Positions 46,461 through 59,511 of a stretch of 60,932 nt of DNA are shown piece after piece (position 1 is the stretch's first letter; each line of letters opens with the position of its first letter). The stretch covers positions 1 to 60,932 of the forward strand of contig JBKJMX010000166.1 in the NCBI GenBank assembly GCA_046596135.1, written 5' to 3'. Made by a program: the position numbers and the translations under genes. The notes under the pieces were generated by a model. It worked only from the letters and a program-made list of their open reading frames with translations, did no database searches and was not told the DNA's origin. Origin of the DNA: Gemmatimonadales bacterium. Its GTDB lineage: Bacteria; Gemmatimonadota; Gemmatimonadetes; Gemmatimonadales; GWC2-71-9.

Positions 46461-48097
46461 CGCATCACCTCGCTGCCGTCCAGCACGAACGGCCCGAGAT
46501 GCGGACCTCCGTAACTCGCGGTCACCGTCAGAAGGAACCCAAGGAGCGAACGCGTCTCCTCGGGCGTGACAATCGCATCGACAAACCCGCGCGCTGCCGC
46601 GTACCGCGCGTCGAGCTGCGCCTCGTAATCGTTGCGCATCCCCTCGATCGATTCCTGCGTGGCGTCGTCGAGCGGCTGCTTCGCCTGCTGTGCCTTCTGG
46701 ATCGTGCCGCCGTGCACAGCCATGACCGCCGACTCGCCTTCCATGACCGCCATGCGCCCGGTGGGCCACGACAGGATGAAGTCGGGGTCGAATCCCTGGC
46801 CAGCCATCGCGTAGTACCCCGCACCCGACGCGTGATTGACGGTGAGGACGATCTTGGGCACGAACGTGGTCGCCATTGCTTCCACGAACCGTGCGCCTGC
46901 GCGGATGATCCCCTCATGTTCCGCTTCCGGACCGACCATGAATCCGCTCACATCCTGCACGAACAGGATCGGAATCCTCTCGCGGTTCGCAGTCTCGATG
47001 AAGAACGCCACCTTCTCGGCGCTCTCGGCGTACACGATCCCGCCGAAGCGGGGTTTCTCGCCTTCGCGCCCCTTGATCAACCCGCGCTGGTTGGCGATGA
47101 CCGCGACCGGCCGGCCCTCGATCCGGGCATGGCCGCACAGCATCTCGGCCGCGAGGTCGGGCTGGAACTCGTCGAGCGTGCCGGCGTCGAGCAGCGCCGC
47201 GAGCACGTCACGCATGTCGTACGACATCCGGTGATCGGTCGGGAGGATGTCATAGAGCGCACTGGCGTCGCTGTGCGGCGGAGTGGCGTCGCGAACCGCC
47301 TGTCGCGAGGCGGGCGGCAGAGGAAGACGCTCGACGTAGCTGCGGATCCGCTTGATGCATTCGGCGTCGTTGGCCGCCCGGTAATGCGCGACGGCGCTCA
47401 CCTCGGTGTGCGCCCGCGCACCGCCCAGGCTCTCCGCATCGACCGATTGGCCGGTGGCACCCTTCACCAGATTCGGTCCGCCCAGGCCCATGAACGACGT
47501 GCCCTCGACCATGAAAATCACGTCGGAGAGCGCGGGGAGATATGCGCCGCCGGCGATGCAGCTTCCCATCACCGCAGCAATCTGCGGGACGTGCAGGTAC
47601 CGGCGCATCAGCGAGTTGTAGTAGAAGATCCGCGCTGCACCGTACTGCCCCGGAAAGACGCCCTCTTGGTACGGCAGGTTTACGCCGGCTGAATCGACGA
47701 GGTAGATGATCGGGATGCGCTGGCGCATCGCGGCTTCCTGGGCGCGCAGGATCTTGCCGATCGTTTCCGGCCACCACGACCCTGCCTTGACCGTCGCATC
47801 GTTCGCCACGACCACGACCTCTCGCCCCGCCACGACGCCGACGCCGGTGATCACGCCCGCCGCGGGTGCCTCGCCGTCGTAACGGTCCCAGGCCACGAGC
47901 AGGCCCAATTCGAGCCATGGTGTGCCGGGATCGAGCAGCGCGGCGACACGCTCCCGCGGGGAAAGCTGCCCTTTCGCATGCATTCGAGCGACCCGCTTCG
48001 CACCGCCACCCTCGCGAAGTCGCGCGGCCAACTCGAGGTACTCGTCGGTGAGGGCGCGCAACCGCGGCGTGCGCGTGGCACGAGTCGTTTCCGTCAC
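46457..48097 (-). CDS. Acyl-CoA carboxylase carboxyltransferase (beta) subunit, methylcrotonyl-CoA-carboxylase-like
   Basis: [43 protein letters not shown] and GAGYYAM. Confidence 0.9.
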   Translation of the reverse strand: MTETTRATRTPRLRALTDEYLELAARLREGGGAKRVARMHAKGQLSPRERVAALLDPGTPWLELGLLVAWDRYDGEAPAAGVITGVGVVAGREVVVVANDATVKAGSWWPETIGKILRAQEAAMRQRIPIIYLVDSAGVNLPYQEGVFPGQYGAARIFYYNSLMRRYLHVPQIAAVMGSCIAGGAYLPALSDVIFMVEGTSFMGLGGPNLVKGATGQSVDAESLGGARAHTEVSAVAHYRAANDAECIKRIRSYVERLPLPPASRQAVRDATPPHSDASALYDILPTDHRMSYDMRDVLAALLDAGTLDEFQPDLAAEMLCGHARIEGRPVAVIANQRGLIKGREGEKPRFGGIVYAESAEKVAFFIETANRERIPILFVQDVSGFMVGPEAEHEGIIRAGARFVEAMATTFVPKIVLTVNHASGAGYYAMAGQGFDPDFILSWPTGRMAVMEGESAVMAVHGGTIQKAQQAKQPLDDATQESIEGMRNDYEAQLDARYAAARGFVDAIVTPEETRSLLGFLLTVTASYGGPHLGPFVLDGSEVMR

Positions 48098-48101
48098 GGC
48101 G

Positions 48102-48539
<438 letters not shown>

Positions 48540-48549
48540 GCGGCCCTCC

Positions 48550-49707
48550 TCACTTGAACCGGAGCAGCCCGGCGATTCCGTCGATGGCGTCAGCCGACGT
48601 CGCATCGTACACCACATCCAATGCCACGCGCTGCCTCAGCGCCTCCTCGATCGCATCGTCGATCACGTCGAGCGTCGGGATCACCTCGCCATCCTCGCGC
48701 AGCTCGCGCGCCGCGATCGCCAGCCGTCCCGACGCCATCGACCGGAACCCGGGCACTGCGGCGTCGTGCCTGACCAGCAGTGTACGGACCTGACCCTTCG
48801 CGAGGGCGCGGAGCGTCTCCTTGACCCCGTTCACCGCCCACCCGGTGCCAAGTCCCTCGGCGAGTTCCTCGACGTGCCCCGCTTCGGATGCACGCGCGTG
48901 CGCCTCACGAACTTCCATGGAGAGCGCGTGCACCGCCGCCGGCGTGGCATCGCGCGGCGCGAGGCGAGCGACGCCGATCAGGCGATCGGCCACATAATTG
49001 TGCAGGAACGGCTCGAGCGCGCCAGCGTCGGCGCCCACGCCGGCGAGCACGATCTGGTGCCCGGGTTCGCTGCGCTCCAGCTCGAACAGTGCGCGCGCGA
49101 CGGCCTCGAGGTGGCGCCGCTTCTCATTCTGGATCCGATTGTGGAACGCATGCTCGGCGTTCGCATCGCCGCCGCCGTCAGAATGGTACCGACCGCCACG
49201 AGTGACTTCGCTCTCGATCTTGCGAACCACCTTGGCATCGAACGCGGTCACCTCCCAGATCAGCGCCGACGCGCGATCACTCGTGACCGTGAACATCTTG
49301 CCGAACTCTTCCTGGTTCGAGGCGAGCTCGCGCACCAACGGGGTACGGTCGACAACAAGCCGCGACCGGTGCACCAGCGGCAGCGGCTTGACCTCGAACA
49401 GCTTGTTGCCGCGGCTCGCGAAGATCGCAATACCCTGGCTGCCCGGTAGCGTAGCCGCATCGGCAACGTGCTCAAGCACTTGGGCCAGGTCGGCGCGGAT
49501 GTCGTCCTGCTGCGACTTGTCCCAGCCCATGGTGTCGAGCGCCTGCTCCAGGTCGCGCACCCGGTTGCGCAGCTTGACCAGGTACTTCTTCCGGGCGCGG
49601 TCGCGCGGCTCAATCTTGAGGTAGCAGGTGACAACCGGATGCTTCCCCGGCTTCATCCGGAGCAGGTCGGTGTCCTGGGCCGGTGCCTTCGCGGTGCGTG
49701 TCGCCAT
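48550..49707 (-). CDS. Bacterial archaeo-eukaryotic release factor (baeRF/eRF1-fold) family protein lacking GGQ
   Basis: Three-domain layout: VVTCYL...GIAIFAS, then DRASA...IVLAG, then [20 protein letters not shown]...GIAGLLRF (eRF1/Pelota domain 3 signature). Confidence 0.8.
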   Translation of the reverse strand: MATRTAKAPAQDTDLLRMKPGKHPVVTCYLKIEPRDRARKKYLVKLRNRVRDLEQALDTMGWDKSQQDDIRADLAQVLEHVADAATLPGSQGIAIFASRGNKLFEVKPLPLVHRSRLVVDRTPLVRELASNQEEFGKMFTVTSDRASALIWEVTAFDAKVVRKIESEVTRGGRYHSDGGGDANAEHAFHNRIQNEKRRHLEAVARALFELERSEPGHQIVLAGVGADAGALEPFLHNYVADRLIGVARLAPRDATPAAVHALSMEVREAHARASEAGHVEELAEGLGTGWAVNGVKETLRALAKGQVRTLLVRHDAAVPGFRSMASGRLAIAARELREDGEVIPTLDVIDDAIEEALRQRVALDVVYDATSADAIDGIAGLLRFK

Positions 49708-49725
49708 GTATTGTTGCTCCTTCTG

Positions 49726-51398
<1,673 letters not shown>

Positions 51399-51402
<4 letters not shown>

Positions 51403-52433
51403 ACCTGTGCTCCTTCCTTGAGCAGCCCGACAATTTCTGTTGCCAGATCATATGGACTCAACGAACCACTCGCGACCTCCGCGACCCGGGCATCGATGAG
51501 TTCCTCGGCGCGCGACTCCTGCCACACCCACCGTCGCGTCGCGCGGTCGACCACCTCACGGGTCCGCTCGGCGAGGCGTCCGAGGCGCCGCCGTTCGAGT
51601 TCGCCGCCATTCGTCATCCATATCCAATGCTCTTCGAGCGCGGCGGCCAGTTCCTCGATGCCTTTTCCTGTGGAAGCCACGGTGAGCAACACCGGGGATC
51701 GCCAGGCCGAATCGTCGGCGGCCGCTGCCGGCTCGCGCGGACCGCCCTTCAGTGCACCATGATGCGCCGGCATCTTCCGGAACGCCTTGCCCGCCCGGAG
51801 GTCGAGCGCCAGTTCCACCTCACGGCGAATCTTGTCGGCGCCAGGCCGATCGGACTTGTTCACCACGAAGACGTCGGCCGCTTCCATCACGCCTGATTTG
51901 AGCGCCTGGATTCCGTCGCCGGACTCCGGCACCAGAGCCAGCAGCGTGGTGTCTGCCATCCGGGCGACGTCCAGTTCGGATTGGCCGACACCCACCGTCT
52001 CCACGAGGATGCGATCGAAGCCGGCGGCATCAAGTACATCGCACACCTCGCGAGTCGTGGTGGCCAATCCGCCGAGCGACCCGCGGGTCGCCATCGACCG
52101 GATGAACACGCCGGGATCGAGCGCGATCGACTCCATCCGGATCCGGTCTCCGAGCAACGCCCCGCCGGTGAATGGCGAGGTCGGATCGACCGCGACCACC
52201 GCGACCCGATGCCCCTGCGCGCGGTAGGTCGACACGAGCCGCTCGGTGAGGGTCGACTTCCCCGCCCCCGGCGGCCCGGTGACTCCGATGCGCCGCGCTC
52301 GTCCCACCTTCGGATGGATCGCGGTAAGCAGCCGCTCAAAGCCCGGGCGGCCGTTCTCCACCACCGATACCGCGCGAGCCATGTCGGCGACCTGACCCGC
52401 GAGCAGCCCTGCGATGAGAGCGTCATGCGTCAT
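51399..52433 (-). CDS. meaB: MeaB/ArgK family GTPase chaperone
   Basis: [38 protein letters not shown] and NKSD; start ATG 52433. Confidence 0.93.
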
Positions 52434-52481
52434 GTCGGAACCTTCACCGTTCGCGGGTGCGGGGCAAGGCAGCACGGCCCC

Positions 52482-53822
52482 TCACAGCAGCACCATGGTG
52501 CCCAGGCCGAGCAGCAGCAGGAAGCCGCAGACGTCGGTGAATGTCGTCACAAAGATCGACGAGGCGACGGCGGGATCGACACCCAGGCGCTCGAGGAACA
52601 CCGGGATGAACGACCCGGCGAAGCCTGCCACGACGAGGTTCCCGGTCATCGCGAGGAACACCACCAACCCGAAGCGCCATGGCTCGCCGAGCAGGACCGC
52701 CAGGACACCGATCACGACACCGATCGCGAGCCCGTTGAATGCCCCGACTAAAATCTCCTTCGAGATCACCGACCACATTCGCGAGACGGGAACCATGCCG
52801 AGGGATATGCGGCGCACCGATACCGCAAGCGCCTGCGTACCGGTGTTGCCTCCCATGCCGGCAATGATGGGCATCCAGACCGCGAGTGTCGGGATCGCGG
52901 CGATGGATCGCTCGAAGAAATACACCACCGCTGCGGCCAGGAACGCCGTGAGAAGGTTGACGTAGAGCCACGGAAGGCGACTCCGCACCGCGTCACCCCA
53001 GCTCCCGCCCAGCGCCTCGTCGGGCGACACGCCGCCGAAGCGGAGCAGGTCCTCGGTGGCCTCTGCCTCGGTGACGTCGACCACGTCGTCATACGTGACC
53101 CGACCCAGCAAGCGATTGGTGGCGTCGACCACCGGTATGCTGGGCAGGTTGTACCGCGCCATCAAGCGTGCGACTTCCTCCTGGTCGACATCGGGGAAGA
53201 CCTGCGCCACGACATCTTCCATCACCTCGCGTACCTGTCGCCCCGTGTTCGCCAACACCAGTTGCTTGAAGGTCAGGACGCCGGCGAGGCGCCGCGCGGT
53301 GTCGACGACAAAAATCTCGGTGACGTCGTCGATGTCTTCGGCCTGGCGGCGCACCGCCTCAAGCGCGAGGCCGACGGTGTCGTGATCGGTGACCGTGACG
53401 ACCTGGAGGGTCATCAGTCCGCCGGCCGTTTCCTCATGGTACCCGAGGAGCCGATCGACGTCGCGCCGATCGCCGACGGCCGAGAGAATGCGCTCCTGGT
53501 CGTCGCGATCGAGCTCACCCAGCAGGTCGGCGGCGTCGTCGTCCTCGAGCTCGTCGACGATCCCCGCGGCCTGTTCCCGGTCGAGGGCCGCCACGATGTC
53601 CTCGGCGTGTTCCTCGTAGGGCATCTCGACGAGTGCCTGCGAGGAAATCTCGACCGGGAGCACTCGGACGAGCGCGAGGCGCTCGTCGTCGTCGAGGGCG
53701 GAAAGCACATCGGCGAGGTCAGCCGGCTCGAGGAGCCACGCGCGTTCGATGAAGGTGTCGATCCGGCCCTCGCGGACCAGGGCCACCAGCTCCTCGACGC
53801 GCCTCCCGTTCGGCGGTGTCAC
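52482..53822 (-). CDS. mgtE: Magnesium transporter MgtE
   Basis: N domain, CBS pair (ETAGGLM), RLPWL..NL, GMGGNTGTQA and DPAVAS..FVTTFTD. Confidence 0.93.
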   Translation of the reverse strand: MTPPNGRRVEELVALVREGRIDTFIERAWLLEPADLADVLSALDDDERLALVRVLPVEISSQALVEMPYEEHAEDIVAALDREQAAGIVDELEDDDAADLLGELDRDDQERILSAVGDRRDVDRLLGYHEETAGGLMTLQVVTVTDHDTVGLALEAVRRQAEDIDDVTEIFVVDTARRLAGVLTFKQLVLANTGRQVREVMEDVVAQVFPDVDQEEVARLMARYNLPSIPVVDATNRLLGRVTYDDVVDVTEAEATEDLLRFGGVSPDEALGGSWGDAVRSRLPWLYVNLLTAFLAAAVVYFFERSIAAIPTLAVWMPIIAGMGGNTGTQALAVSVRRISLGMVPVSRMWSVISKEILVGAFNGLAIGVVIGVLAVLLGEPWRFGLVVFLAMTGNLVVAGFAGSFIPVFLERLGVDPAVASSIFVTTFTDVCGFLLLLGLGTMVLL

Positions 53823-55009
53823 AGGTCGCCACCGTCGAGCGTCGTCAGCGGGGCACCCCCGCGGCGCACCAGTATCCGGTCGATACGCGTGGGACTCGCC
53901 TGGAGGATATCGATCTCGAGTCCGCGCACGGCGAAGCGCTCGCCCGTGACCGGGATGCGGCCGGCAAGCTCGGCCACCAGCCCTGCAAAACTGGCGGCAT
54001 CGCTGCGCGGCAGTGACACCGCGAAATGGTCGGCCACTTCCGTGGGCGTGGTCGTGCCATCGAGTTCGAACGGCGCGCCCGCCATGACCGGTGCCGGCAA
54101 GGATGGGTCGTCTTCGTCCGAGATCTCGCCCACGAGCGCCTCGAGCAGGTCCTCCAGCGTCACCACCCCCGCCGTTCCCCCGAACTCGTCGAGCACCACG
54201 GCGAAGTGTCGGCGCTCGCGTTGCATGTCGATCAGCAGATCGCCCGCGAGTCGTGACTCCGGAGCAAACGCCACCGCGCGGACCGGGACGGCGTCCTCTG
54301 GGCGAAGCTTGAAGAGGTCGAAGGCGTGCACCATCCCCACGATGTCGTCGAGCGTGTCGCGGTACATCGGCAGGCGAGTATAGCCGCTCTCGGCGAACAC
54401 CTCGAATACCGTCGTGTACGAGGCGTCGTGCGCCACGGCGATCACGTCGGTCCGTGGAGTCATGACGGCGCGCACCGGGCGCTCGGCGAACGTCATCACG
54501 CCCCCGACCATCACCAGCTCGTCGCCGTCCGACATTCCGTTTGCGAAACCCTCACGGGCCAGGTCTCGGAGGTCGCTCGCCGCGTCGCCACTGCGGGCCG
54601 GGAGGACCAGGCCGATGGCACCCGTCCATGCCTGCAGCACCGGCCGCAGGGCTTCGGCGGCACGCGCCGCGCGTGGCACGGTCAGGGATCGCGGGAGCAG
54701 GTACGCGCCCACGAGGGTGACGGGAACCACGATGACCAACAGGAATGCGGCGAGTTGCAGAACGGAGAACCCGGTGAACATTCCCGGCACGACCGCACCA
54801 ATCAGCGCCACGCCGAGGGAGATGGCCGCGGTCGCCGACGCGACCTGACGCTGGGTCACTGCGAGCCAGAGAAACGAATCGTCGCTGCCGCGGAGGCGGC
54901 GGGAAATTGCCTCGGCCACCTGCGAGCGGGCGGTCGTCACCACCGCGGCCGAGGCGACGGCGCCCAGCACCGAGATCGTCACGGCGATCAGCAGGAGCAG
55001 CCAGATCAT
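53819..55009 (-). CDS. CNNM/CorC (hemolysin-family) CBS-domain membrane protein
   Basis: N-terminal TM helices, VMTPRTD, SGYTRLP, DEFGGTAGVVTLEDLLE..VGEI.DE and CorC_HlyC tail. Confidence 0.85.
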   Translation of the reverse strand: MIWLLLLIAVTISVLGAVASAAVVTTARSQVAEAISRRLRGSDDSFLWLAVTQRQVASATAAISLGVALIGAVVPGMFTGFSVLQLAAFLLVIVVPVTLVGAYLLPRSLTVPRAARAAEALRPVLQAWTGAIGLVLPARSGDAASDLRDLAREGFANGMSDGDELVMVGGVMTFAERPVRAVMTPRTDVIAVAHDASYTTVFEVFAESGYTRLPMYRDTLDDIVGMVHAFDLFKLRPEDAVPVRAVAFAPESRLAGDLLIDMQRERRHFAVVLDEFGGTAGVVTLEDLLEALVGEISDEDDPSLPAPVMAGAPFELDGTTTPTEVADHFAVSLPRSDAASFAGLVAELAGRIPVTGERFAVRGLEIDILQASPTRIDRILVRRGGAPLTTLDGGDL

Positions 55010-56202
55010 CCCTTGCCCCCCCGCGGTGGCACGACGACACCAACCGCTTCAGGTCGCCACAGCGAAACGCGCCGGACGCGCCGGCGGATCACCAGCTCGA
55101 CGACCACCCGCCATCCATCGAGCTCGAACTCCTCCCCCGTTCGCGGCACTCGCCCGAGCGCGGCCAGCACCAGACCTCCGACGGTGTCGACGTCCTCGCG
55201 CTCGAAATCATGATCCAGCTCCGCCTCGAGGTCGGCGAGTGCCACGCCACCCTGCACCGTCAAATGACCGTCATCGTGTCGGTACACCGGCTGCACCTCG
55301 TCAACGTCGTGCTCGTCCTGGATCTCCCCCACGATCTGCTCGAGGATGTCCTCCAGGGTTACCAGCCCCGCGGTCCCGCCGAACTCGTCCACCACCACGG
55401 CGATGTGGCCCGGCCCGCGCTGGAAATCCCGCAACTGGCGATCCAGCCGTTTGGCCTCGGGCACGAATGCCGGCGGACGAATCAGCGCCTGCCACGATTC
55501 GTGGGCATCGGTGCGGCCACGGAGGCGCGGGAGGATGTCCTTGGCGTACAACACGCCGACCACCTCGTCGGCATGTTCGTCGAACACCAGCAACCGGGCG
55601 TGCTCGCTGCGTCGCAGCGTGCTGGTTACCTCCGCTTCGTCCTCGCTGACATCGACCGACACGATGTCGATGCGGGGCGTCATCACCTCCGACACGTTCA
55701 TCGATGCCAGCGAGAAGACGCCGAGCGCCATCTGCTGCGGCGAAGGGGCGCCCCCACGCGACGACGCCTGAGTCGCATCCACCGCCGCGCCGTCGAGGCG
55801 TTCCGCGATCCACAGCAGGGGACGAAATGCTGGCGCCGCTGCCAGCGCAACGCGTCGTGCATACGGAATCAGCTCGGGGGCCAGAACGCCAAGCAGTCGG
55901 GGCACGAGGTCGCCCACGGCCCAGACGAGGACCGACACCAGCACCACGCGCAACGCACCGAGCGCCGGCGGGAAGGCCCACCACCCGGTCACGGTGGCCG
56001 CGAGCCCAGCCGCGATGGTGAGCGACGCCAGGTGCATCACGTGCAGGGTGCGCTCGGGGGAGAGGCGCGACCGCGCCGGGTCGCGGGCAAGTGCGCGGGC
56101 GCCCAACTCGCCATCGCCCTGACCCGCAAGGGCCACCAGAGCCGCCCACAGCATTACCAGCCCGGTGAGCGCCGGCAGTGCCGCCATGACCAATGCACTC
56201 AT
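55006..56202 (-). CDS. CNNM/CorC (hemolysin-family) CBS-domain membrane protein, second paralogue
   Basis: TM region, EVMTPRID, DEFGGTAGLVTLEDILEQIVGEIQDEHD and DTVGGL; ATGA overlap with ybeY. Confidence 0.85.
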   Translation of the reverse strand: MSALVMAALPALTGLVMLWAALVALAGQGDGELGARALARDPARSRLSPERTLHVMHLASLTIAAGLAATVTGWWAFPPALGALRVVLVSVLVWAVGDLVPRLLGVLAPELIPYARRVALAAAPAFRPLLWIAERLDGAAVDATQASSRGGAPSPQQMALGVFSLASMNVSEVMTPRIDIVSVDVSEDEAEVTSTLRRSEHARLLVFDEHADEVVGVLYAKDILPRLRGRTDAHESWQALIRPPAFVPEAKRLDRQLRDFQRGPGHIAVVVDEFGGTAGLVTLEDILEQIVGEIQDEHDVDEVQPVYRHDDGHLTVQGGVALADLEAELDHDFEREDVDTVGGLVLAALGRVPRTGEEFELDGWRVVVELVIRRRVRRVSLWRPEAVGVVVPPRGGKG

Positions 56203-56639
56203 GACAATTCCCGCACGTAACGCTCCTGCAGCGTCCACATCGGCGAGCGGGTGCGCGCTCCGCCCTCATCGTGCTCGTGACCGATCACGTGCAGCGTGCC
56301 GTGCACCACCAGTCGCACCAGTTCCTCCCTGACGGCGATGCCCCGCCGCCGCGCCTCGCGCGCCGCGACGTAACGGCAGATGTAGATGTCACCCGCCACG
56401 CCGCCATCGGGCTGCGGTAGCGCAAACGAGATCACGTCGGTGGGCCAGTCATGATTCAGGTGCTGCTGATTGAGGCGACGCATCGTGTCCCTGCCGAGGA
56501 ACGTCACGGCCACGTGCGCACTGGTGCCCTCGCGATGCAGGACGTGCTCGACGGCACCGCGAACCAGTGCGGCGGCAACGGGTGCCGCGGCTCCGCCAAC
56601 CACGACGGGATGCCGGCCGGTTGATGTCGCAGCCATCAC
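56199..56639 (-). CDS. ybeY: rRNA maturation factor YbeY
   Basis: MRRLN, PTDVISF, GDIYI and HGTLHVIGHEH (H3xH5xH). Confidence 0.92.
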   Translation of the reverse strand: MMAATSTGRHPVVVGGAAAPVAAALVRGAVEHVLHREGTSAHVAVTFLGRDTMRRLNQQHLNHDWPTDVISFALPQPDGGVAGDIYICRYVAAREARRRGIAVREELVRLVVHGTLHVIGHEHDEGGARTRSPMWTLQERYVRELS

Positions 56640-57589
56640 CCCGCCTGGTCTTCGGCGTACGCCCGGATGATGTCCTTGACGAGCCGGTGGCGCACGACGT
56701 CTTCGTCGGTGAGGTAGTGAAAGGCGATGCCATCGATTCCGGGGAGGACCCGCTCGATCTGGATGAGTCCTGAGTCCTCGCGCCGAGGGAGGTCGACCTG
56801 CGTCTTGTCGCCGGTCACGACCACCTTGCTGTTCACGCCAAGTCGGGTGAGGAACATCTTCATCTGGGCACCGGTTGCGTTCTGTGCCTCATCGAGGATG
56901 ATGAACGCGTCGGCAAGGGTGCGCCCGCGCATGTACGCCAGCGGGGCGATCTCGATGGTGCGGGTCTCGAGCGCCTTCTGCACGCGCTCGTGCGACATCA
57001 TGTCTTCCAGCGCGTCGTAGAGCGGCCGCAGGTACGGATCGACTTTCTGCTGCAGGTCGCCCGGGAGGAAGCCGAGCGACTCGCCAGCTTCGACGGCAGG
57101 GCGCGCCAGGACGATCCGCTTGACCTGCTTGCGTGCCAGCGCCTCGACGGCCTTGGCCACTGCCAGATAGGTTTTGCCGGTGCCGGCAGGCCCGATCCCG
57201 ATGACGACGTCATGGTCCTGAATGAGTGCGAGGTACTCACGCTGCCCTGGTGTTTTCGGGATGATGGCGCGGCGTTGTCCGGGGAGCACGATCTTGCCAG
57301 CGTCGCGGGTAACGGCGAGCTCGCTGGTATGCCCCTCGCTCGCGATCCGGAAGACGTCCTCCGGCTCGATCGGCTGGCCGGCACGGGCCATGTCCACGAA
57401 ACCCTGAATGATCGGCGTGGCCCGGTCGAGCTGCGCCTGCGAGCCAATGACGTTGATGGTGTCGCCGCGCTGCGACACGCGAACGCCGAGCGCGCGCTGC
57501 AGCTCGGCAAAGTTGCCGTCATTGACGCCGGCGAGCAGCAGCGGGTCGGCTCCCTCGGCGCTGATCGTGTGCCGGACTTCGTCGGTCAT
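56636..57589 (-). CDS. PhoH/YbeZ family ATPase
   Basis: GPAGTGKT, RPAVEAGESLGFLPG, APLAYMRGRT and DEAQN. Confidence 0.93.
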   Translation of the reverse strand: MTDEVRHTISAEGADPLLLAGVNDGNFAELQRALGVRVSQRGDTINVIGSQAQLDRATPIIQGFVDMARAGQPIEPEDVFRIASEGHTSELAVTRDAGKIVLPGQRRAIIPKTPGQREYLALIQDHDVVIGIGPAGTGKTYLAVAKAVEALARKQVKRIVLARPAVEAGESLGFLPGDLQQKVDPYLRPLYDALEDMMSHERVQKALETRTIEIAPLAYMRGRTLADAFIILDEAQNATGAQMKMFLTRLGVNSKVVVTGDKTQVDLPRREDSGLIQIERVLPGIDGIAFHYLTDEDVVRHRLVKDIIRAYAEDQAG

Positions 57590-59361
57590 GAACCCTCAAT
57601 GGTCGTGGCCAGGCCGAGCGCCGCGAGATCAGCGGCCCCGACCGGGGTGGGCGCGCCTTCCAGCAGCGCCCGGGCGGCGGCCGTCTTCGGGAATGCGATC
57701 ACGTCGCGCAATGATGGCGCGCCGGCAAGCAGCATCGCGATGCGGTCGAACCCCAGCGCGAACCCGCCGTGCGGGGGCGCACCCGCAGCCAGCGCGTCAA
57801 GAAGGAAGCCGAACCGGCCACGCTGCTCGGCGTGGTCGAGACCCAGTGCACGGAATACGGTCGATTGCAGGATCGGGTCGGTGATCCGGATCGAACCTGA
57901 TCCGAGTTCGTTGCCGTTGTAGACCGCGTCGTAATGGAGGGCGCGGCATCGGCCCGGGTCGCTCTCGACGAAGGGAATGTCATCTGCATGTGGTGACGTG
58001 AACGGGTGGTGCGTGAACACCCATTCGCCCGAATGCGGATCTGCCTCGAACAGCGGAAAGTCGACCACCCAGCAGAAGGCATGCGCGACGTTGGGGGTGA
58101 CGTCGGGTCGCCGCGTCAGCACCATCCTCACGGCGTGCAGCGCGGCGCTGGTCACGCGATCCGGGCCGGCGGCGGCGAGCACGAGATCACCGACCTCGCC
58201 ACCTATCGCGTCGAGGGTTGCGGTACCGAGCGCCTTGACGCCCTGCCCTTCCCAACCGCCGTCGCTGCGGCGGGCCCAGGGAAGCCCACCTGCCCCGGCC
58301 GCACGGGCTGCGTCGGCCAGCGCGTCGATCTCCCTACGACTGTACGACGCGCCGCCTGGAACCCGGATCATCCTCAGCCTGCCACCCGCCTCAATGGCGT
58401 CGGCGATGAATGGGGCCGCGTCGGCGCCAACCCTTTGCGTGATGTCGGCGATCTCGAAACCATGGCGGAGGTCGGGCTTGTCGATTCCGAAGCGCTCCAT
58501 CGCCTCGGCATGACGAAGGCGCCGGAACGGGATGGGCACGTCGTGGCCGGCTTCAGCCCAGAGGTCGTGGAGCACCTGCTCGACCACCGCCAAGACGTCG
58601 TCTTGCGAGACGAACGAAGCCTCGAGGTCGATCTGGGTGAACTCGGGCTGGCGATCCGCGCGAAGGTCCTCGTCGCGGAAGCACCGGGCGATCTGGAAGT
58701 AGCGATCGAAACCCGCCACCATCAGCAACTGCTTGTAGATCTGCGGCGACTGCGGCAGCGCGTAGCACTCGCCGGGATGCACTCGGCTCGGTACCAAGTA
58801 GTCCCGCGCGCCCTCCGGAGTCGGCTTGGTGAGGATCGGCGTCTCGATCTCGAGGAAACCAAGCTCGGTGAGCGTGCGCCGTGCCTGCTGGAGGAGACCG
58901 TGCCGCATGATGATGTTCGCCTGAAGCTCCGGTCGGCGCAGGTCTAGGATCCGGTGCTGAAGCCGGAGTTCTTCGGTGGCCAGTTCCTCCCCCTCGCGAC
59001 GGGCCACGGGGATGGCAGGAGTCAGCGCCGGTCCAACCACCTTGAGCGAGCTCACCCGGACCTCGATTTCACGTGAGGCCATCGCTGTATCCCTTCCCAC
59101 CTCAACCCTTTGCGCCACGACCCCCTCGACGAGTACCACCGTCTCGGCGCCAAGACCGGCGGCCAGGACCAGTACTTCAGGCGGGGTCCACTCCGGGTCG
59201 CAGGACAGCTGGACGAGTCCGTCTCGGTCCCGCAGATCTAGGAAGACGATCCCGCCGAGGTCCCGGCGCCGGTGGATCCAGCCGCCCAGCCGGACCGTGG
59301 TCCCGACCTCGGCGGCCGTGAGGGAACCGCAGCGATGTGTCCGGAATGCCGTCTGTGACAT
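57586..59361 (-). CDS. aspS: Aspartyl-tRNA synthetase
   Basis: RTHRCG, TPEGARDY, LPQSPQ, CFRDEDLRADRQPEF, GAD insert and PPHGGFALGFDR. Confidence 0.96.
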   Translation of the reverse strand: MSQTAFRTHRCGSLTAAEVGTTVRLGGWIHRRRDLGGIVFLDLRDRDGLVQLSCDPEWTPPEVLVLAAGLGAETVVLVEGVVAQRVEVGRDTAMASREIEVRVSSLKVVGPALTPAIPVARREGEELATEELRLQHRILDLRRPELQANIIMRHGLLQQARRTLTELGFLEIETPILTKPTPEGARDYLVPSRVHPGECYALPQSPQIYKQLLMVAGFDRYFQIARCFRDEDLRADRQPEFTQIDLEASFVSQDDVLAVVEQVLHDLWAEAGHDVPIPFRRLRHAEAMERFGIDKPDLRHGFEIADITQRVGADAAPFIADAIEAGGRLRMIRVPGGASYSRREIDALADAARAAGAGGLPWARRSDGGWEGQGVKALGTATLDAIGGEVGDLVLAAAGPDRVTSAALHAVRMVLTRRPDVTPNVAHAFCWVVDFPLFEADPHSGEWVFTHHPFTSPHADDIPFVESDPGRCRALHYDAVYNGNELGSGSIRITDPILQSTVFRALGLDHAEQRGRFGFLLDALAAGAPPHGGFALGFDRIAMLLAGAPSLRDVIAFPKTAAARALLEGAPTPVGAADLAALGLATTIEGS

Positions 59362-59511
59362 CGGGCCTGGGGCCGAAGAAATGGCGCACGCGCCATGATC
59401 GAAACGAGCCCCAAAGCTAACTCAGCACCGATGGGCGACCAACGCAGCACGAGGCGCGGTGGCGGGGTTGGAACCCGCCCGCCTCGCTGGTCCACCGGCT
59501 AGTTTTGCTGA

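Noticed and set aside
56240-56310. YbeY metal motif ends GHEH instead of GYDH
   Set aside because: All three His ligands are retained, so this is a conservative variation.
59461-59480. tRNA gene or remnant between aspS and rlmN
   Set aside because: Only a T-arm-like hairpin is present. No D arm, anticodon arm or acceptor stem can be built.
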